A stretch of 63,445 bases of DNA, filler included, from Octopus bimaculoides (lineage: Eukaryota), in the NCBI RefSeq assembly GCF_001194135.2. It is 4 parts of 3 records of this genome, joined end to end, with 100 filler letters (N's around TTAATTAATTAA, not from the genome) between each part and the next. Parts side by side here need not be neighbours in the genome. Positions count along the whole stretch, not along the records: positions 1 to 27,777 come from NC_068983.1; 3 more parts are not named here. One strand, 5' to 3'. The notes beneath the pieces were generated by a model, which was not told the DNA's origin, did not search any database, and saw nothing but the letters and a program-made list of their open reading frames with translations. This document shows, in pieces, positions 12,681-24,532 of the stretch; the stretch's first letter is position 1; each line of letters begins with the position of its first letter. The position numbers and the translations under genes were made by a program.

Positions 12681-14089
12681 GACCTTGGTCCGTCTCATTA
12701 TCTTCCAGCAACTACTACTGCTGTTGCTGCTACCACCACTACCACCACCACCGCCCTCTTGACGTTTGAACTCACTGAGAACGTTGACACCCTATTCTGT
12801 CACTCAGCTCACATGATTCCAAGAACGAACAGACGATGAAAAAGCATTCTATCCGTGACTATCCATTCTTCTATAAGACTGCATTATCTACGCCGGGTTT
12901 TTTGAAGATAGTAGCATATAATTTGATTGTGATTTGACTGTCGTTTCTAGCAATTTGAATGCTCATTCTCCTTCGTTGGCACAACCGTGGTAGTTGTGCT
13001 ATATAAGCCAAGTCAACTTTAAACAAGTGAACCATGACCATGTGATCTTAAGTCATTGACTCTCTGGAATCTAGTCTAGATCTAAATTATATTCTACGCA
13101 TTCTCTTTTTAAGCTAATTGGGGTGGGATCGGAGCTTTAAAGGAAAATTTGGCTGTTGTTTTTAACCGATCTGGCGACCATGTCGAGGTACGTCTAATTT
13201 TAATGGGTTTTTTTAAATGTCGATATAGATTCGGCTTATAATTTCCCCGCCCTTGAACACACTTCTCCCGAGTGCTGTACTGACGGACGTAAACAAACAT
13301 ATAAACGTGTTATGAGTATTAAGCTGTCAAAATGTTTTGGAAGATGGGGAAAATAAATAAAATATAAGGAAGTTACTGAACCGGTTCAATAAATAGCAAT
13401 AGTGAAGAGAAGTTGAGAAGGGAGATGTGAGATGAAAGGTTAGAACGGCAGAGGAAGAGAGAAAGAGACAAAGAGTTATATGGAAGGATAGGTGAGGAAA
13501 AGAGAAAGAGATAGAGTTGAGAGAGAGAGGGGGATAGGAAGGGTTGCTAAGTAAAGCAGGACAAACGATTTAGAAAGAAAACAATGGAAATGTGTGAAAG
13601 AGGGAGAATGTAAGTTGTGTGTGAGAAAGAGAACGTGTGGGAGATAGAGAGAAGGAAAAAAAGGGAAAATATGATAAAGGAATGGAGAGAGGAGGGAAGG
13701 GAGAGCGAGTGGAAAGACAGGCAGGGAAGTGTGTGAGAGAGAGGGGGGAGGGATTTAAGAAAGTCAGATAAAGCGCGATGAGTGGAGGTATGAGTGAGGA
13801 AGAATGTGAAAAAGAGGCAGACGTATAATGGGAGGGAAAATAAAGCGAATAAGAGAGAAAGAAGAGAAGAACAGAAAATCATACAAGAGATATTAGAGGT
13901 GACAGTGTAATTCTGAGGTGGTTTCATTAATATTGCTAACAGGACGAGTGCAGCGGCTACCATTTTGGCTTAATGAGGAAATGGTAAAATTAAATGACAA
14001 AGGAATAGAATGAAAGGGAGCGAAAAAGAGAGGGTCGGAAATAAATTTAATGACAAAGAAAGTGATATAGGAACAATGACAATGGTTGC

Positions 14090-14295
14090 TTAATAGCCGG
14101 TCAGGCTTCATTGAGTAAATCTACGGCGGTCAAGGATGTTCCGATCGTAACCATATTGTCTTTTACTCACTCACACAATGCCCTCAAGGCTATAGTATCC
14201 ATTGTGTTGTTCTGTTTTTAAGATGGTAAGTCTTATTTGGGAGAGACTTGACTGTTATTTCTAGCAGGCCGAGCGACAATATAGAAGCCTCGATA
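14090..14295 (-). mobile_element. SINE-like family E (gacctgctagaaatagcagcc)
   Basis: Recurrent motif also near 12950, 16720, 17810, 36390, 41340, 41810, 59075; plus-strand copies end in ctaaacaac repeats. Confidence 0.6.
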
Positions 14296-15639
14296 GCTGC
14301 CTATTTGGCTCGAATTATACGATGTAGAGAAAGTGAGGAGATAAGAGATTGAAAGACAAAGAGAAAGGAACGAAGAGACAGAAATACCGAGAAAGTGAGA
14401 TCTAGTGACAGACAAAGAAGAAGAAAAGAAACAAGAAAGGACAGTCACAAGACAAAGAACATAAAAGAGAAAAGAAATGAAAGAAAGAGGGGCTGAAAGA
14501 GATAAGAAGAGAAGGTAGCGAAAGAATAAAGGCGGAAGAGGCGACAAGAAAGAAATGCCTATTAGAATTTACTGCTGATTTATGATCGAAAAATTACCGC
14601 ATGAAATAAAATTTTAAAAAAGTTGATACTAAAAAAAAAAAAGAAATTAGACTCACGAAAATTTAAGTAACAGAGGAAAAAGAATGTAAATAATAAGTAC
14701 AGCATTTACAATTATTTCAAAAATTGAGAAGAAGGAGCAAGCACCTGCAGAGGCGTGTTTGTGTGTGAGAGCTGCTTGTGTACATGTGTAGGATAGTTTA
14801 TAAACGGAGGTCTTTATACTTCCTACATGTATATATTAGTATATTTATCTATTTTTGTGTATATATACATATACTTGCATATCTATAAGTAAATAGTTTA
14901 GTTTAAATTATTGTATAAACAGCAGCAGCAACATCACAGCAGTCACACAATGAGTTGTGAATAAGCAGCAGTAAGATATTTTTCAAACGAGTCTCCATGG
15001 CTTGCATTGAGACAGCAGAATTTCCGACAGAAGTCACGATCGGCTTTATACCGATCCTGACCTAATTTATTTAGCCCTTCTTAATCGACAAGTGGTGGCA
15101 GGGACATTTATGAGATATAATTGAAGACGTATGGATGTGGTACTGCAGTACAACCTTCATTATTTCGATCTACGGGGAGATATGGTTAAAATGCTTTCGT
15201 AAAGACATTGTGATTATACCAAAGAAGAAACCATAAAGCGAAAAAGGTTATTATATATATATATATATATCTCCTAGGCACCACACATAGTTTTATATGA
15301 TGGAAGTGAACTATTATCAGGGAACAACTTGGAATTTAATTATTTATTCTCCATTACTTTGAAGATTAAGAAATATATATGAATGTATCAAAGGAAATAT
15401 TGTGAACAAAACGAAATCTATTAGGTAAATATCACCAGTCATTACATCTGAAGAACACATCTTCAATAATTTATTTATTATTATTGTTTGTTTTTTTTAC
15501 AAATTTAGTGATAAGTAAACTATGCAATGTAATGTTATGCATGGAACCGTTTTATTTTTAATTTTCCCATTAAATAACATACTGATTCATTGCTTTTTAT
15601 GTTTTACTCTTCAGCTGGTGAACGAAACCGGACCAGAAG

Positions 15640-15781
15640 TTAGGACTCTACCGGAAGTGTAATACGACAACCAACGATGAGTGAACGACTGAGTAGCGAA
15701 CGAGTGAGGGTGTTCTCTCGGTCGTTGCTCAACTCAACGGAGATCCCATCCAAACGAGATTATAAACGAGAACAACAAAAA
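15640..15781 (+). promoter_or_regulatory. MED12: MED12 proximal promoter / 5' UTR with ETS (CCGGAAGT) motif
   Basis: CpG-rich patch with CCGGAAGT at 15651-15658 directly upstream of the first coding exon. Confidence 0.55.
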
Positions 15782-15874
15782 ATGGCTTCTTATCCGTCGC
15801 AGGAGCAGCGACCACTGAAGAAACCACGTCTCGGTCCACCTGATGTCTACCCTCAGGATCCGAAACAGAAAGAG
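15782..15874 (+). CDS. MED12: Mediator subunit 12, coding exon 1
   Basis: [31 protein letters not shown] matches the conserved MED12 N-terminus ([22 protein letters not shown]); donor GAG|gtacgg. Confidence 0.97.
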
Positions 15875-17204
15875 GTACGGTGCTCTGGTTATTTCTGACA
15901 TTCCTTCTTTCATGAAAACGTTTCCAGTTCTCTGTGGTCTTTTATAACGTCTCCATCTCTATGTGGATCTTAATCTTAGGTGATGTATTATTGTTAGTTC
16001 CATTCATACCTGAAATGATTTACAGGGATATTAATTGACCCCCCGGGAAAGGCGAGTGGCTATAATTGACCTCTGCAAGATTTGAACGCAATTTATAAAG
16101 GGAAGTAACACAATACCGTCATCGTTTTAGCCATTCTATCAACAACTCCTTCGTTTGACTATCTACAAAGACATAACAAACTTCACTTGAATCCCACCTT
16201 GTTATCGTAAACAAGATAATATTTAAAACCTCATTGAATACTCTATTTGAAAATAAATGGGATGGTTGTGGCTGGACCGGCTTTTGATCTTAGGTCTGCT
16301 CAGTCAGAGCCAACCTGGGACTAAACGTTTTGAAGGGAACCTTTATATGGTGTGGAATTGCAGACTTCAGAAGAACATATTGGTTATATTGCATACTGTC
16401 TGAAAAGTATCAACGGGATGGTCACAACTGGAAGACGTTTGACCATAGCACTGCTCGATTGATCCAAACTAAACAGAGAAGGGGGCGGTTGTAAACAATA
16501 ACAACGTTTAGAGACTCCAGAGAACTGTAAACATTGTTATTGTAAGGGGAAGACAAGCCTGGTTTTGTTTTGACAATTCTAGTGATTTCCAAGTGAAAGT
16601 GGTAGTAGTAGTAGTAAGAGGTATCCAAACAACGATGTTAATGAAATTCAGGTGCCCCACTCCACCCAAACATCTTTCACGTCTATCACTAAAACATTTA
16701 TCCGTTGATCTGGTTGTCTGACCTGCTAGAAATTGCAGCCAAATTTCCCTCGAATTGTGCCATGCATTGGATATTCGCTCATTCGTTTTTATGTTTGTTT
16801 TTCTATGCTAGCGTGGGTTCGAGGATTATATTATTGGAAGCATTTGTTTTGCAATCGAATGCCCTTCATGTTGCTAACTCTTTCCTGTTTTTCAAATAAG
16901 GGATCTTCTATTCCACATGCCTTCGAAGGCGCAAAACCAGTGGACTCCCTGTTGACAGGAGGAATAACTACGTCACCGCTTTATAGCTCAGTGCTTTTCA
17001 CAGAAGTTCAAATGTAAACAAACATTTTGCCGCGCGCACACACACACACCACCACCACCATCATCATCAGTTTTCCATGTTATCAGGGGTTGGATGGTTT
17101 GATAGGACCCGGCGATCAACCGGGTTGCGGCGCGCCCCAGTGTCAACTTTAGCATGGTTTCTGAAGATAGATGCCATTTCTGACGCCTGTATATATATCT
17201 CTTT

Positions 17205-17600
17205 ACTCTTTTACTTGTTTCAGTCATTTGACTGCGGCCATGCTGGAGCACCACTTTTAGTCGAGCAAATCGATCCCGGTACTTATTCTTTGTAAGCCTA
17301 GTACTTATTCTATCGGTCACTTTTGCCGAACCGCTATGTGACGGGGACATAAACACACCAGCATCGTTTGTCAAGCAATGCTAGGGGGACAAACACAAAC
17401 ATACACACACACACACACATATATATATACATATATACGACGGGCTTCTTTCAGTTTCCGTCTGCCAAATCCACTCACAAGGCTTTGGTCGGCCCGAGAC
17501 TACAGTAGAAGACACTTGCCCAAGGTGCCATGCAGTCGAACTGAACCCGGAACCATGTGGTTGGTAAGCAAGCTATTTACCACACAGCCACTCCTGCGCC
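17205..17600 (-). mobile_element. SINE family A, full length
   Basis: Head ggcgcaggagtggctgtgtgg, CORE-like block, internal (GT/AT)n, tail ...gactgaaacaagtaaaagagt. Confidence 0.9.
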
Positions 17601-17912
17601 TATATATATATATATAACCCAGTGGTCATAGTTGGACTATCTTAGACCATGTCAGTGCAATGAGGGTTGACACTGTAACTAAACAAAACAACTGTTACTT
17701 AGTCCAGTGTAGGTCAGTCTTATAATAAAAGAACTTGTCAGACATGTACAATATTTCTTTCCCTTTGTAAAATGGTAATGTGTGACTTAAGAGAAATTTT
17801 GCAGCTATTTCTAGCAGGTCAAATGACCATGTAGAGGTTTCCTCGGTAAATAGTTAACAGCAGTTCTTTGTTGACGTTTTTGCTGTCACGTTTTCAATAT
17901 AAATGAAAGGTA

Positions 17913-18230
17913 TGGTGCAGGCATGACTACAGTTAAGAAATTTGCTTCTCAACCACAGAGTTTCGAGTTCAGTCCCACTGTATGGCACCTTAAGCAAGTG
18001 TTTTCTACTAAAGCCTTGTGAGTAGATTTGGTTGCTGGAAACTGAAAGAAGCCCATATATATAGGTGTGTGTGTCCTTGTGACATCACAGTGTTATTCAT
18101 TTCCAATATTCTGCCTAAACTTGTCTGGCCAGGCTTTGAAACAGGAAGGGCATCTGGCTGTGGAAAATCTGCTACAGTAAACTTTGTCTGACCCATGAAT
18201 GCGTGTAAGAGTGGATGTTAAAACGATGAT
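17913..18230 (+). mobile_element. SINE family A variant with RTE-type tail
   Basis: Family A head/core followed by ggaagggcatctggctg...gttaaaacgatgatg, similar to the RTE LINE 3' end. Confidence 0.6.
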
Positions 18231-18470
18231 GAAGTCTCCCGATTGATTGATATAAGCTAATTAGAAATATCCATCAACGGGGCGTCTATCAATCAATGTT
18301 GACCATACATCAGCACATGTATGCACAAGCCTATGCGAGCTTTTTTTTGAGGTTTACTTGGAATTGCCCAAGCATGCAGATCTTCCCTCTCCAGGCTGTT
18401 GTCTGAAGCCAATACAGCTTGGGGGTCATTGCAGGCATTGTTATGTCAGAATTCATATATATGTATGTGT

Positions 18471-18668
18471 GTGTCTGTGTTTGTCCCCCTAGCATTGCTT
18501 GAAGGCCGATGCTGGCGTGCTTACGTCCCCATAACTTAGCGGTTCGGCAAAAGAGACCGATAGAATAAGTACTAGGCTTACAAAGAATAAGTCCTGGGGT
18601 CGATTTGCTCGACTAAAGGCGGTGCTCCAGCATGGCCGCAGTCAAATGACTGAAACAAGTAAAAGAGT
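18471..18668 (+). mobile_element. SINE family A, tail half
   Basis: Reverse complement of 20261-20460 and 17205-17400; further tail halves at ~35000-35210 and ~51815-52010. Confidence 0.9.
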
Positions 18669-18977
18669 AAATAAATATTACATTTGATAGGGTTGTCTGA
18701 ATANNNNNNNNNNNNNNNNNNNNNNNNNNNNNNNNNNNNNNNNNNNNNNNNNNNNNNNNNNNNNNNNNNNNNNNNNNNNNNNNNNNNNNNNNNNNNNNNN
18801 NNNNNNNNNNNNNNNNNNNNNNNNNNNNNNNNNNNNNNNNNNNNNNNNNNNNNNNNNNNNNNNNNNNNNNNNNNNNNNNNNNNNNNNNNNNNNNNNNNNN
18901 NNNNNNNNNNNNNNNNNNNNNNNNNNNNNNNNNNNNNNNNNNNNNNNNNNNNNNNNNNNNNNNNNNNNNNNNNNNNG

Positions 18978-19230
18978 CCACGCTCGAAATGGTGTCTTTT
19001 ATGTGCCACCCGCACAAGAGCCAGTCCAGCTGCACTGGCAACGATCTCGCTCGAAAACCCTACAAGGCCAGTCAGGCGGTACTGGCAACGGTCACGCTCA
19101 GGATGGTACATCTTATGTGCCACCCGCACAAGAGCCAGTCCAGCAGCACTGGCAACGATCTCACTTGGCTTGCCGGGTCTTCTCACGCACAGCACATTTC
19201 CAAAGGTCTCGGTCAGTAGTCATCGCCTCA
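18978..19230 (-). mobile_element. RTE LINE 3' end fragment (UTR tandem repeats plus ORF end)
   Basis: Same repeat units and the same GLTEAMTTDRDL-type C-terminus as 34232-34980 and 59240-60895. Confidence 0.85.
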
Positions 19231-19734
19231 ACATTGAAATGAATTGGCTTGAAGAAGAAGATGAATTTCAGTTACTTGCTATTGCAGATTCTTGATAATA
19301 TGGCTTAACACCTGTTTCTATTCACAAGTCAATGCAGAAAGTAGCATTATCAAGGGATTCTCATATAATATAGGGTTGGCTTTTATTGGGCATTGGTTAT
19401 CATTTTTAAGTGTAGGGTATAGCTGTGTGGTTTAAGAAATTTGCTTCCCAACGCCACAGTTTTGGTTTCAGTCCCATTGTGTGAAACCTTGAGCAAGTGT
19501 CTTCTACTATAAGCTCTAGACTGATCAATTCCTTGTGAGTGAATTTGGTTGAAAGAAGCCTCTCTGTGTGTGTGTGTGTGTACCTCTTTGTCTTGACATT
19601 GCATGATGGTTGTAAATGAATGTCGCTGTAATACAAGCAGTATCATTCATTGCCAATCTTCTGCAAAAGGTCTTGGAGAAATATCTTGGACGGAAACATC
19701 TTAGAATGAGAACCCAGGTTTGAAATTTCCCCAA

Positions 19735-19779
19735 GACACCTGATGAAGGCTGGAGGGTATAACAGCCGAAACGTTGTGA

Positions 19780-19780
<1 letters not shown>
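19735..19780 (+). ncRNA. Minimal type I hammerhead ribozyme, copy 1
   Basis: GACAC-CUGAUGA-A-GGCUG(loop)CAGCC-GAAAC-GUU^GUGAC: core intact, 5-bp stem II, loopless palindromic stem III AACGUU; cleavage predicted after 19775. Confidence 0.8.
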
Positions 19781-19827
<47 letters not shown>

Positions 19828-19882
19828 CAACAACATCGAAAAATACCTTAGGAATGAGAACCCAGGTTCGAAATTTCCCCAA

Positions 19883-19928
19883 GACACCTGATGAAGGCTG
19901 GAGGGTATATCAGCCGAAATGTTGTGTT
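19883..19928 (+). ncRNA. Minimal type I hammerhead ribozyme, copy 2
   Basis: GACAC/GUGUU stem I, CUGAUGA, GGCUG/CAGCC stem II, GAAAU-GUU (C-to-U in stem III); cleavage predicted after 19923. Confidence 0.75.
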
Positions 19929-20019
19929 AACAACAAACAAGATGAGGACAAATATCTGTCAAATGTAAATAATTTTATTCTGATTTCTTGTTAATTATAA
20001 TAATTTCTTTATTTTTCAG

Positions 20020-20082
20020 GATGAATTGTCAACACTCAATGTCAAACATGGTTTCAACAATAACTGTACTATCACAGATGAG
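20020..20082 (+). CDS. MED12: MED12 coding exon 2
   Basis: tttcag|DELSTLNVKHGFNNNCTITDE|gtaaca; phase 0/0; matches MED12 DELTALNVKQGF. Confidence 0.95.
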
Positions 20083-20260
20083 GTAACATTTGTCTTCTTT
20101 TAACCCATTTGATTCCTATTTTATTCAGATGGACCCCCCTAACCATTCAATGTTTAAAAAATCCCATTTTATTTTTATAATTGTATATTATTAGGAATTG
20201 TATAGAAAAAAAAGAATTGTTAAAATGATTTGTGTATTGTAGAAATATAACCAATGTGTT

Positions 20261-20865
20261 ACTCTTTTACTTGTCTCAGTCATTTGACTGCGGCCAATCT
20301 GGAGCACCGCCTTCAGTCGAGCAAATCGACCCTGGGACTTATTCTTTGTAAGCCTAGTACTTATTCTATCGGTTTCTTTTGCCGAACCGCTAAGTTACGG
20401 GGACATAAACACACCAGCATCGGTTGTCAAGCAATGCTAGGGGGACAAACACAGACACACAAGCATGCACACACACACACACACACACATATATACATAT
20501 ATATGACGAGCTTCTTTTAGTTTCCGTCTGCCAAATTCACTCACAAGGCTTTGGTCGGCCCGAGGCTACAGTAGAAGACACTTGCCCAAGATGCCACGTA
20601 GTGGGACTGAACCAGGAACCATGTGGTTGGTAAGCAAGCTACTTACCACACACCCACTCCTACGCCTATTACTCTTTTACTTGTTTCAGTCATTTGACTG
20701 TGGCCATGCTGGAGCACCGCNNNNNNNNNNGACGCTCTTCCGATCTGGAGCACCGCTTTTAGTCAAGCAAATCGACTCCGGGACTTATTCTTTGTAAGCC
20801 TAGTACTTATTCTATCGGTGTCTCTTGCCGAACCGCTAAGTGACGGGGACATAAACACACCAGAT
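20261..20865 (-). mobile_element. Two family A SINEs (full 20261-20666; tail half 20671-20865)
   Basis: Same sequence as 17205-17600; the second copy is broken by a 10-N gap and adapter sequence. Confidence 0.85.
20731..20746 (+). other. Illumina adapter remnant (assembly artefact)
   Basis: GACGCTCTTCCGATCT directly after an N gap is the 3' end of the TruSeq read-1 primer. Confidence 0.9.
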
Positions 20866-21309
20866 GATTAATGTTTTCGTTAAGTTAGTGTTTGAAATAT
20901 AATATGGCTGTGTGGGCATCCAACCCATGGCAGCATGGAAAACGGATGTTAGATGATGACAGTCTGTGGTTGAGAAGTTCACTTCCCAACTCTGAGTATT
21001 ATCTCACATCCTACATAGCATCAGCAACACAAGCTGCCCCATTGTCAAAGCGTATTTGGTAAGCTTCTATACCAGACTTCAGATGTTGGTCCTGAAAGAC
21101 AATAAATAGCCAACAAACAGTCTCTGTGTTAGTTCTGTTTGCACTCTGAACAAACGACCCCAGAGAAAGTTGTTTGCATAGAATCAACGTGTCCTGTTGT
21201 TTCTTGATCTAAACCTAGTCAACCTTTATTGTAATCTATGCACCATGAGACTGTATATGAGAACAAAGTCTTTTCTTATATTTATGAATGTGTTGCATAC
21301 ATATGCTAG

Positions 21310-21567
21310 TGGAGGCCCAGTGGTTAGGGCAGCGGACTCGCGGTCATAGGATTGTGGTTTCGATTCCCAGACCGGGCGTTGTGAGTGTTATTTAGCGAAA
21401 ACACCTAAAGTTCCACGAGGCTCCGGCAGGGGATGGTAGCGAACCCCGCTGTACTCTTTCACCACAACTTTCTCTCACTCTTACTTCCTGTTTCTGTTGT
21501 GCCTGTAATTCAAAGGGTCAGCCTTGTCACACTCTGTGTAACGCTGAATATCCCCGAGAACTACGTT
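21310..21567 (+). mobile_element. SINE family C (OR-like, tRNA head ggcccagtggttagggcagcgg)
   Basis: A/B-box-like head; truncated by a gap. Minus copies at 47653-48030, 49030-49412, 54130-54510, 54521-54900, 55760-55975; plus head at 56365-56470. Confidence 0.85.
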
Positions 21568-22779
21568 AANNNNNNNNNNNNNNNNNNNNNNNNNNNNNNN
21601 NNNNNNNNNNNNNNNNNNNNNNNNNNNNNNNNNNNNNNNNNNNNNNNNNNNNNNNNNNNNNNNNNNNNNNNNNNNNNNNNNNNNNNNNNNNNNNNNNNNN
21701 NNNNNNNNNNNNNNNNNNNNNNNNNNNNNNNNNNNNNNNNNNNNNNNNNNNNNNNNNNNNNNNNNNNNNNNNNNNNNNNNNNNNNNNNNNNNNNNNNNNN
21801 NNNNNNNNNNNNNNNNNNNNNNNNNNNNNNNNNNNNNNNNNNNNNNNNNNNNNNNNNNNNNNNNNNNNNNNNNNNNNNNNNNNNNNNNNNNNNNNNNNNN
21901 NNNNNNNNNNNNNNNNNNNNNNNNNNNNNNNNNNNNNNNNNNNNNNNNNNNNNNNNNNNNNNNNNNNNNNNNNNNNNNNNNNNNNNNNNNNNNNNNNNNN
22001 NNNNNNNNNNNNNNNNNNNNNNNNNNNNNNNNNNNNNNNNNNNNNNNNNNNNNNNNNNNNNNNNNNNNNNNNNNNNNNNNNNNNNNNNNNNNNNNNNNNN
22101 NNNNNNNNNNNNNNNNNNNNNNNNNNNNNNNNNNNNNNNNNNNNNNNNNNNNNNNNNNNNNNNNNNNNNNNNNNNNNNNNNNNNNNNNNNNNNNNNNNNN
22201 NNNNNNNNNNNNNNNNNNNNNNNNNNNNNNNNNNNNNNNNNNNNNNNNNNNNNNNNNNNNNNNNNNNAACGTTAGCACACCGGGAGAAATGCTTAGCGGT
22301 ATTTCGTCTGCCGTTACGTTCTGAGTTCAAATTCCGCCAAGGTCGACTTTGCCTTTCGTCATTTCGGGCCTTGTGCCTAGAGTAGAAAAGAATATTTTAT
22401 CCATATTTTAACTGCCTTTATGGCAAATTGAATGAAATAAAGTAGTAGTAGTAGGAGGAGGAGGAGGAGAGACCACAAGACATCTATGGAGGTAGTAGTT
22501 GAAGGCATGCCAGTCAGTCAGGTGTCAGTTTTTGGATGAGGTCTGAAATGTTTGTATGTGAAGAAGCTAGTCTAGTGTGGGTCAGTGTCTATTGAAAGCT
22601 AAAAGTAATTTCTGGCCCTGAAGAGAAACCTAGATTATGGCTATGTTTTAGATATGTGGTTATCTACAGAGATTATGAGAGATTGTTAATTGTGAGAACT
22701 CACATTTGTAAAAGTTTGTAACAGTTTTAGTTGTGTGATGGATTTGTTAATATCTAATAAATATCTTCCTTTTTTTCAG

Positions 22780-22833
22780 TATGGATCTGCTTGTCGTTCC
22801 ATCAACCAAGATAAAGTTGCCTTGTTCTCTAAG
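22780..22833 (+). CDS. MED12: MED12 coding exon 3
   Basis: ttttcag|YGSACRSINQDKVALFSK|gtaagg; phase 0/0; aligns to HGSAKNVSFNPAK. Confidence 0.88.
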
Positions 22834-23874
22834 GTAAGGAGAATTTTTTTTAATGTGAAAGATCACTTGTCGAAGGGTATGAGGTCTTTAGGGTTCGGTG
22901 TTGATATTGTTACCATGCCTGTTAAATTTGACCATTGCTTGCTTACATGCTTAACCCCTCCGCTCCTTATGGAGCAGATGCCATCAACAGCTTTCTCCCT
23001 CTATTCATGATTGGGCTGTCTTTCCACTCCCAGGTCTTGTTCTTGGTTTTTGAATTGTCATCAATGCTTCTATAATTTTGCTTCGTTTTAAGTAGCTGTG
23101 TTGGCCCTACACAAACCTGTTCTTACCTCTGGGAAGAGGTGGTCCATATTAGACTGGCCTGGCTTGTCCAGCATAGGAGGCCCTACCAGGAGCTTTTACT
23201 CTGCTGGCATAGCTCTCATAGTCAGTGAGGCATACAAGCCACCACATCAACAAAAACGGAACCATTACATGATTACAATTACACAATAAACTGAATATGT
23301 TGAGATAGTGGCCTAATTGATAAGACTGTTGCAGTCCTGTAATTTACAACAAAGTTGTGAGTTCAATCCTAGACTATGAAAACGTGTACTTGTCTGACTT
23401 TGTATACACACACACATACAATGTGGGTTTATACCCACATTTTCATACTAGAATTGTTTAGTGAATGTTCTTAAACCTGAATGCTTCCATTCTCTTTTTC
23501 ACTAACTTCTCAACTATAAAGTGTGTATAGAACCTATTATCATACTCAATTGTGAATGATGGATGTAGTTATTGCTGTTTACTGTTGTAAACCATTCCAC
23601 TCTTGTGGTAATAACTGTTTCAAATTCTTCTCTATTAACTGCTATTTGTTGTAGTAGACCATACCATCTGTGATTATAAATATTCCAAATTTGTTTTAGT
23701 TTTTTTAATCATTTAATCAGGAGTTAATGACTTTATCTTACTGTGTCCATAAAATTGCTGTTTAAACCCTATTCCTTGACCTATGTCTATAATCTTCCAC
23801 AGTAACCATACTGTGTAGCTGTGGAACTTTTGCTTGTTCACTTATATGCATCTCTATGTTTCTCATCTCTTCAG

Positions 23875-23982
23875 GTGGGGACATGTTTTAGTTCCATGAT
23901 GACAAAGAAAACTGAGCTGAACACATTCCAAGACACAGGAAAGAAGAAACAACAGCTTAATATCAAAGACAACTTCAGACCT
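23875..23982 (+). CDS. MED12: MED12 coding exon 4
   Basis: ttcag|VGTCFSSMMTKKTELNTFQDTGKKKQQLNIKDNFRP|gtaagt; aligns to NTLPDTGRRKPQVNQKDNF. Confidence 0.95.
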
Positions 23983-24501
23983 GTAAGTTCTTCCTTTCTA
24001 TTATTATTATTATTATTGTCGTTGTTGTTGTTGAAGGCGTCGAGCTGGCAGAATTGTTGGTACGCTGGGCAAAATGCTTACCGGTATTTCACCCATCGCT
24101 ACATTCTGAGTTCAAATTCCACTGAGGTTGACTTTGCCTTTCATCTTTGCGGGGTAAATAAATTAAGTACCAGTTGTTTACTTGGGTCGATCAAACCGAC
24201 TGACCCCACCTCCTCACCAAATTTCAGGTCTTGTGCCTATAGTAGAAAGGATTATTATTATTATTATTATTATTGTTATGGCAGTGAGCTGACAGAATCA
24301 TTAGTACACCAGTCAAAATGGTTAGTGACATTTCTTATGGCACTTTACATGATGAGTCCAAATTCCTTCATGGTCATCTTTGTCTTTCATCCTTTAGAGA
24401 CTCATTATATAAGTACCATCTAGAAACTTTAGTTGATGTAATTGACTAAGCTATTCCCTTAAAAATGCTGACCTTGTGCAAAAATTTGAAACCATTATTA
24501 A

Positions 24502-24532
<31 letters not shown>

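Larger units (their letters stand above)
19698..19975 (+). mobile_element. Penelope-related non-autonomous tandem element carrying two hammerhead ribozymes (retrozyme-like)
   Basis: Direct repeat of gaatgagaacccagg...gacacctgatgaaggctggagggtat..cagccgaaa.gttgtg separated by (AAT)n; period 148 nt. Confidence 0.8.

Noticed and set aside
13340-14560. Long F/L/S-rich minus-strand ORFs suggesting membrane proteins
   Set aside because: A by-product of GA-rich low-complexity DNA; no recognisable motif or splice structure.
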